DNA from: Candidatus Kerfeldbacteria bacterium
GTDB lineage: Bacteria; Patescibacteriota; Patescibacteriia; SBBC01; CAIJZX01
Direction: 5' to 3'
Length of the DNA: 64,000 nt
Assembly: GCA_016193315.1 (NCBI GenBank)
Contig: JACPSJ010000001.1
Location: 284,446-348,445 of the forward strand
Shown: positions 59,757-64,000 of the stretch, piece after piece
How the letters are laid out: every line of letters begins with the position of its first letter
Numbering within the stretch: position 1 is the first letter of the stretch
Translations under genes and position numbers: made by a program
The notes under the pieces: model-generated
Told to the model about the DNA's origin: nothing
What the model saw: only the letters and a program-made list of their open reading frames with translations
The model's database searches: none

Positions 59757-60179
59757 ATGTTTCTGCCAAAGAAAGTCAAACACCGGAAGTGGCACCGCGG
59801 ACGCGTCCGCGGGCGGGCGACCCAAAAGCTCGACCTCAGTTTCGGCACCTACGGGCTGAAGGCGCTGGAAGCCCGCTGGGTTACCAGCCGTCAGCTCGAA
59901 GCCGCCCGCCGGGCGATGACTCGCTTTGTCCAGCGCGGCGGCAAGATTTGGATTCGGGTATTCCCCGACAAGCCGGTTACCTTTAAAGGCAATGAAATCC
60001 GGATGGGGGGCGGCAAAGGATCGGTCGACCACTTTGTGGCGGTCGTCAAACCGGGTATGGTCCTGTTTGAAATGGATGGGGTCAAAGCTGACCAGGCGCG
60101 ATCGGCCATGCGCTTGGCCGCCTACAAGTTGCCGGTCAAGACGAGATTTATTAGCCGCCAAACTGGCGCCAACCCATGA
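59757..60179 (+). CDS. rplP: 50S ribosomal protein L16
   Basis: [16 protein letters not shown]... Confidence 0.95.
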   Translation: MFLPKKVKHRKWHRGRVRGRATQKLDLSFGTYGLKALEARWVTSRQLEAARRAMTRFVQRGGKIWIRVFPDKPVTFKGNEIRMGGGKGSVDHFVAVVKPGMVLFEMDGVKADQARSAMRLAAYKLPVKTRFISRQTGANP

Positions 60180-60382
60180 AGTACCAACTCTTGAAGGCAA
60201 AATCACCGGTCGAACTTGCGCGAGAGCTCAATCGCCTGCGCGAACAATTGCGGCTTGACCGATTTAAGGTGGCGCACGGGCAGCAAAAGAACGTCCGGCA
60301 ACTGCGTCAACTAAAACGGGACATCGCGCGTTTGCTGACCCGACTCAACGAAGCCTCGCCTAACCGTCAATCACCATCGTGA
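60176..60382 (+). CDS. rpmC: 50S ribosomal protein L29
   Basis: [34 protein letters not shown]. Confidence 0.85.
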   Translation: MKYQLLKAKSPVELARELNRLREQLRLDRFKVAHGQQKNVRQLRQLKRDIARLLTRLNEASPNRQSPS

Positions 60383-60624
60383 AACGTTCACCGCAGCGCC
60401 GTCGACTGGTCGGCACTGTCATCTCGGTCGCCATGACCAAGACGGCGGTCGTCCAAGTCGATCACGTCAAGACGCATCCGAAGTATCATAAACAGATGGT
60501 TCTCAGCCGGCGTTACCTGGCCCACGATGAGCATCAATCTACCCACCGTGGTGACCGGGTCCAGATTGAGGAAACGCGGCCCCGGTCGGCGCGGAAACGC
60601 TGGCGTATTGTTCACCGACAATGA
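60379..60624 (+). CDS. rpsQ: 30S ribosomal protein S17
   Basis: [31 protein letters not shown]. Confidence 0.9.
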   Translation: MKRSPQRRRLVGTVISVAMTKTAVVQVDHVKTHPKYHKQMVLSRRYLAHDEHQSTHRGDRVQIEETRPRSARKRWRIVHRQ

Positions 60625-60992
60625 TTCAATTTCGGACCATGCTCAATGTGGCTGACAACACCGGGGCGCGGAAGGTGGCAGTCTGGCGCGTCTGGGGCGG
60701 ATATCGCAAGCGCTATGGTCAACTCGGCGATCTCGTCACCGGGTCGGTCAAAGCCGCGGTGCCCCATGGCTTGGTTAAGAAAGGCGAAGTCGTCCACCTG
60801 GTGATCGTCAGGCAGCGGAAGGAATACCGTCGGGCCGACGGCACCTACATCCGATTTGGCGAGAACGCGGCCGTGATCATCGACCCGGACACGAAGGACC
60901 CGCGCGGCACCCGCATCTTTGGTCCGGTGGCCAGGGAACTGAAAGTCAGGGGTTACAGCAAGATTGTGTCTTTAGCGCCGGAGGTGTTGTAA
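60621..60992 (+). CDS. rplN: 50S ribosomal protein L14
   Basis: [19 protein letters not shown]... Confidence 0.95.
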   Translation: MIQFRTMLNVADNTGARKVAVWRVWGGYRKRYGQLGDLVTGSVKAAVPHGLVKKGEVVHLVIVRQRKEYRRADGTYIRFGENAAVIIDPDTKDPRGTRIFGPVARELKVRGYSKIVSLAPEVL

Positions 60993-60995
60993 ACG

Positions 60996-61322
60996 ATGAC
61001 GACCATGAACCTACGAACTGGCGATCTGGTCATGATCCTGACCGGCAAAGATCGGGGGAAGAAAGGGAAGATCACCCAAGTTTTTCCCCGCCTCGGCCGC
61101 GTGGTCGTTGAGGGAGTGAACCAGATGACCAAGAACATTCGCCGCCGTCGCCGTGGGGAACAAGGCCAGCGGGTGCAGTTCAACGCCCCGATCGACCGAT
61201 CGAAGGTGATGCTGATTGATCCCAAATCTGGACAGCCGACTCGCCTCGGGAGCATCGTCATCAGCGGCAAGAAGATCCGTCGCTCAGTCCGCTCGAACGA
61301 ACCACTCAGTCCATCCTCATGA
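60996..61322 (+). CDS. rplX: 50S ribosomal protein L24
   Basis: KOW motif GDLVMILTGKDRGKKGKI. Confidence 0.9.
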   Translation: MTTMNLRTGDLVMILTGKDRGKKGKITQVFPRLGRVVVEGVNQMTKNIRRRRRGEQGQRVQFNAPIDRSKVMLIDPKSGQPTRLGSIVISGKKIRRSVRSNEPLSPSS

Positions 61323-61888
61323 CCGCCCGCCTGCTTGAACGCTATCGTCAACAGGTGGTGCCGGAACTACAGCGCCACCTGGGACTGTCGAACCGACTGG
61401 CCGTGCCGACGGTTAAGAAGATTGTCGTCAACGTTGGTTTTGGCCGGCACGTCCAGGATCAGAAAATGCAAGATACTGTAGTCAACACCCTGGCCCGTAT
61501 TTCTGGCCAAAAATCGCTGCTGACAGCCGCCAAGAAGTCGATTTCCTCCTTCAAGCTCCGTCAAGGCATGGTCATCGGCGCGAAAGTCACACTCCGCGGT
61601 GTCCGCATGTGGGAGTTTCTTGACAAGTTCATCAATGTCACCCTGCCGCGAGTCCGGGATTTCCGCGGCATTGACCCCCAAGCCTTTGGTCGCAGTTCAA
61701 CCCTAACGGTCGGTTTGCGTGAACACACCGCTTTTCCCGAAATCGGCAGCGATGAAGTTGAGCATCTCCACGGCTTGGAAATTTCCATTGTCACCACCGC
61801 CCGTGATCGATCCTCGGCGGAACGACTCTTAGCGGCCCTGGGGTTTCCCTTCGTGCATCGCCAGGCACCAGTCGGAACAGATCGCTAA
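61319..61888 (+). CDS. rplE: 50S ribosomal protein L5
   Basis: L5 signatures ([26 protein letters not shown]). Confidence 0.95.
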   Translation: MTARLLERYRQQVVPELQRHLGLSNRLAVPTVKKIVVNVGFGRHVQDQKMQDTVVNTLARISGQKSLLTAAKKSISSFKLRQGMVIGAKVTLRGVRMWEFLDKFINVTLPRVRDFRGIDPQAFGRSSTLTVGLREHTAFPEIGSDEVEHLHGLEISIVTTARDRSSAERLLAALGFPFVHRQAPVGTDR

Positions 61889-61893
61889 CTCCT

Positions 61894-62079
61894 ATGGCTA
61901 CCGCGGCCCAAATCGCCAAATCCAAAAAAAGACCGAAGTTTTCCACCCGCTTGGTCCGTCGCTGTTGGCGATGTGGCCGCAAGCGCGGCTACTTAAGAGA
62001 ATTCGAGTTGTGCCGGATTTGTTTTCGCGAACTGGCGAACAAAGGCGACATCCCCGGCATCCAGAAAGCTTCCTGGTAA
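61894..62079 (+). CDS. rpsZ: 30S ribosomal protein S14 type Z (zinc-binding)
   Basis: 61 aa with [20 protein letters not shown] (C-x2-C...C-x2-C). Confidence 0.9.
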   Translation: MATAAQIAKSKKRPKFSTRLVRRCWRCGRKRGYLREFELCRICFRELANKGDIPGIQKASW

Positions 62080-62089
62080 CCCGCTGCCA

Positions 62090-62473
62090 ATGACCGATCC
62101 CATTGCCGATCTCCTGACTCGCGTCCGCAACGCCCAGCTGGCCGGCCAGACTGAGGTAGTGGTACCATACTCAAAATTGAAGTACCACCTGGTCCAAGTG
62201 CTCGAGCGCGAAGGCTGGATCAGCGGTTTGGCCGGACTCGACCATCAGCGTCAACTGAAGATCGTCCTCAAATACGATCAAGGGCAGCCAGTCATTCGTC
62301 ACCTCAAGCGGATTAGCCAGCCCGGCCGCCGGGTCTACGCCAAACGCCACCGCCTGCCGCGAGTGATGCAGGGGCTGGGGATGGCCATCATCTCGACCTC
62401 CCGCGGCCTGATGACGAGTGAGGAAGCGCGGCGTCAGAAACTGGGTGGCGAAATACTGTGCGAAATCTCCTGA
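62090..62473 (+). CDS. rpsH: 30S ribosomal protein S8
   Basis: MTDPIADLLTRVRNAQLAG... Confidence 0.95.
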   Translation: MTDPIADLLTRVRNAQLAGQTEVVVPYSKLKYHLVQVLEREGWISGLAGLDHQRQLKIVLKYDQGQPVIRHLKRISQPGRRVYAKRHRLPRVMQGLGMAIISTSRGLMTSEEARRQKLGGEILCEIS

Positions 62474-62477
62474 GCCT

Positions 62478-63029
62478 ATGTCCCGGATTGGCAAACTCCC
62501 AATTGTTCTCCCGGCCGGCGTGACGGTTACCATCAACGGTCAACAGGTATCCGCGCAAGGCCCGAAAGGCCACCTGTCCTTGAGTTTACCCGCCGCGGTC
62601 CACGCCGAACTGAACGCCGGCCGAGTGCGGCTGATGGCTGACCGCCCCGAACAGCAACATCAGCGGGCGCTGTGGGGGCTGTGCCGTGCACTGGTGGCGA
62701 ATATGGTCACCGGTGTCAGCCAGGGGTACCAGAAACGGCTGGAGATTAGCGGCGTCGGCTACCGCGCCACGGTCAGCGGGCAGGTCCTGACGCTCCACGT
62801 CGGCCGCTCCCACCCGGTCGAGTTCCCCATTCCCACCGGGATCACCGTGGTGGTCGAAAAGAATATTATTTCTGTGGCTGGCATTGACAAGCAGCAGGTG
62901 GGAGCGACCGCCGCAAAAATTCGCGCCGTCCGAAGGCCTGAACCGTACAAGGGTAAGGGGATCAAGTATGCCGACGAACTAATCCGTCGCAAGGCCGGCA
63001 AGGTGGTCAAGGCCACCGGCACCAAATAG
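62478..63029 (+). CDS. rplF: 50S ribosomal protein L6
   Basis: MSRIGKLPIVLPAGVTVTING. Start at ATG 62478 after the rpsH stop. Confidence 0.9.
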   Translation: MSRIGKLPIVLPAGVTVTINGQQVSAQGPKGHLSLSLPAAVHAELNAGRVRLMADRPEQQHQRALWGLCRALVANMVTGVSQGYQKRLEISGVGYRATVSGQVLTLHVGRSHPVEFPIPTGITVVVEKNIISVAGIDKQQVGATAAKIRAVRRPEPYKGKGIKYADELIRRKAGKVVKATGTK

Positions 63030-63030
63030 T

Positions 63031-63390
63031 ATGATCGATCGACTCCGACATAAGCAGCAAGCACGATCAATTCGTCACCGCCGTCTCCGGGCGCGTGTCC
63101 GAGGAACCGCGGACGCACCCCGCCTAGCGGTGGCCCGACACCTGAAGCATATCGCGGCGCAATTGATCGATGATCAGGCCGGTCGAACCTTGGCCAGCGC
63201 CACGGACCGAGAACTGAAGAGCCCGGTCGGTACGAAGCGGGAACGAGCGGCCGCGGTCGGTCGGTTGTTGGCCGCCAAAGCCGTTCGTCAAGGGATCACA
63301 AAGGTCGTCTTTGATCGCGGCGGGCATCGCTACCATGGGCGGGTCCAAGCCCTGGCCGACGGCGCCCGTCAAGCCGGATTACATTTCTAG
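63031..63390 (+). CDS. rplR: 50S ribosomal protein L18
   Basis: L18 signature (PRLAVARHLKHIAAQLIDD...). Confidence 0.9.
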   Translation: MIDRLRHKQQARSIRHRRLRARVRGTADAPRLAVARHLKHIAAQLIDDQAGRTLASATDRELKSPVGTKRERAAAVGRLLAAKAVRQGITKVVFDRGGHRYHGRVQALADGARQAGLHF

Positions 63391-63397
63391 AACGACG

Positions 63398-63925
63398 ATG
63401 GCTGAACGTAGTGCATTTCGTGGTAGACGGCGATCCCGCCGAGGCGTTGGCCCACGCGAGCCGAAAGAGTTCGAGCAGAAAACTATCGACCTAGCCCGGG
63501 TGACCCGGGTGGTGGCCGGTGGGAAACGGATGAGGTTCCGGGCCACCGTCGCACTTGGCGATCTGAAAGGGCGGGTCGGGGTCGGGATCGCCAAAGGGGC
63601 CGATGTCTCGATCGCCATTCAAAAAGCTTCCCGTGCGGCGCGTAAGAACCTACTGCGTATCCCCGTCGTGGGTGATACTATCCCCCATCAAGTCGTAGCC
63701 CAATTCGGCGCGGCCAAGGTGCTACTGAAGCCGGCGTCGCCGGGGACCGGCGTCATAGCCGGCGGCCCGATCCGGGTGGTCATGGAACTGGCCGGGATCA
63801 AAAACGTGGTCAGTAAGATTCTGGGCTCACCGAATACGATCAACAACCTCTACGCTTTGCTCCGGGCCCTCAGCCGCCTGCGAACGAAAGAGGAATTACT
63901 CCGCCAACGCGGCCGAAGGCCATGA
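63398..63925 (+). CDS. rpsE: 30S ribosomal protein S5
   Basis: [49 protein letters not shown]. Start at ATG 63398. Confidence 0.9.
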   Translation: MAERSAFRGRRRSRRGVGPREPKEFEQKTIDLARVTRVVAGGKRMRFRATVALGDLKGRVGVGIAKGADVSIAIQKASRAARKNLLRIPVVGDTIPHQVVAQFGAAKVLLKPASPGTGVIAGGPIRVVMELAGIKNVVSKILGSPNTINNLYALLRALSRLRTKEELLRQRGRRP

Positions 63926-64000
63926 TAAATCTTTACTCTCTCCAAGCGGCGACACCTCGACGTCGGCCAAAGCGCGTCGGGCGCGGCAATGCCTCCGGCA
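63922..64000 (+). CDS. rplO: 50S ribosomal protein L15 (5' partial; runs off the window)
   Basis: [26 protein letters not shown] matches the L15 N-terminus. It directly follows rpsE, so no rpmD (L30) gene is present. Confidence 0.6.
   Translation, partial: MINLYSLQAATPRRRPKRVGRGNASG

Overview
This is high-GC (~62%) bacterial DNA. TGA/TAA/TAG all act as stops, so the standard code applies. Five blocks are recognisable.

- (i) 1-11.2 kb: a LemA fragment, then a co-directional cluster of four paralogous Sec-secreted cysteine-motif proteins, then a 1453-aa membrane-anchored cysteine-rich giant protein.
- (ii) 11.2-24.5 kb: a complete type IV pilus (T4P) locus. It comprises pilM, pilN, pilO, a small membrane protein, pilB, a stand-alone REC regulator, a degenerate pilT-like ATPase, pilC, the major pilin, an A24-like membrane protein, a second pilin, pilD and four minor (pseudo)pilins.
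- (iii) 24.5-31.5 kb: housekeeping genes (metallophosphoesterase, ligA, gatC, gatA, a second REC regulator, ndk). The ndk gene is flanked by two GC-rich palindromic elements, one of which replaces its conserved 5' coding end.
- (iv) 31.7-36.3 kb: tRNA-Pro(GGG) with an unusually extended flanking stem and a degenerate partial tRNA copy, followed by an island of hypothetical genes. The island includes a frameshifted membrane protein and a minus-strand paralogous pair of putative winged-helix proteins.
- (v) 36.5-46.8 kb: ECF sigma/anti-sigma, small hydrolases, a FabH-like enzyme, YjbQ, an aminotransferase, a SpeE-like membrane protein and an M50 protease. Then come the str/S10/spc ribosomal operons (rpsL to rplO).

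The ribosomal block has two inserted non-ribosomal genes between rpsG and fusA, no rpmD, a Z-type S14, and low-complexity extensions on L23, L22 and S19. Many genes carry a TGnTATACT extended -10 box a few nt from the start codon, which implies leaderless mRNAs. No CRISPR, rRNA or intact transposase was seen. The gene content (T4P plus large surface proteins, L30 absent) is compatible with a Patescibacteria/CPR-like or other reduced high-GC lineage, but that is inference only.
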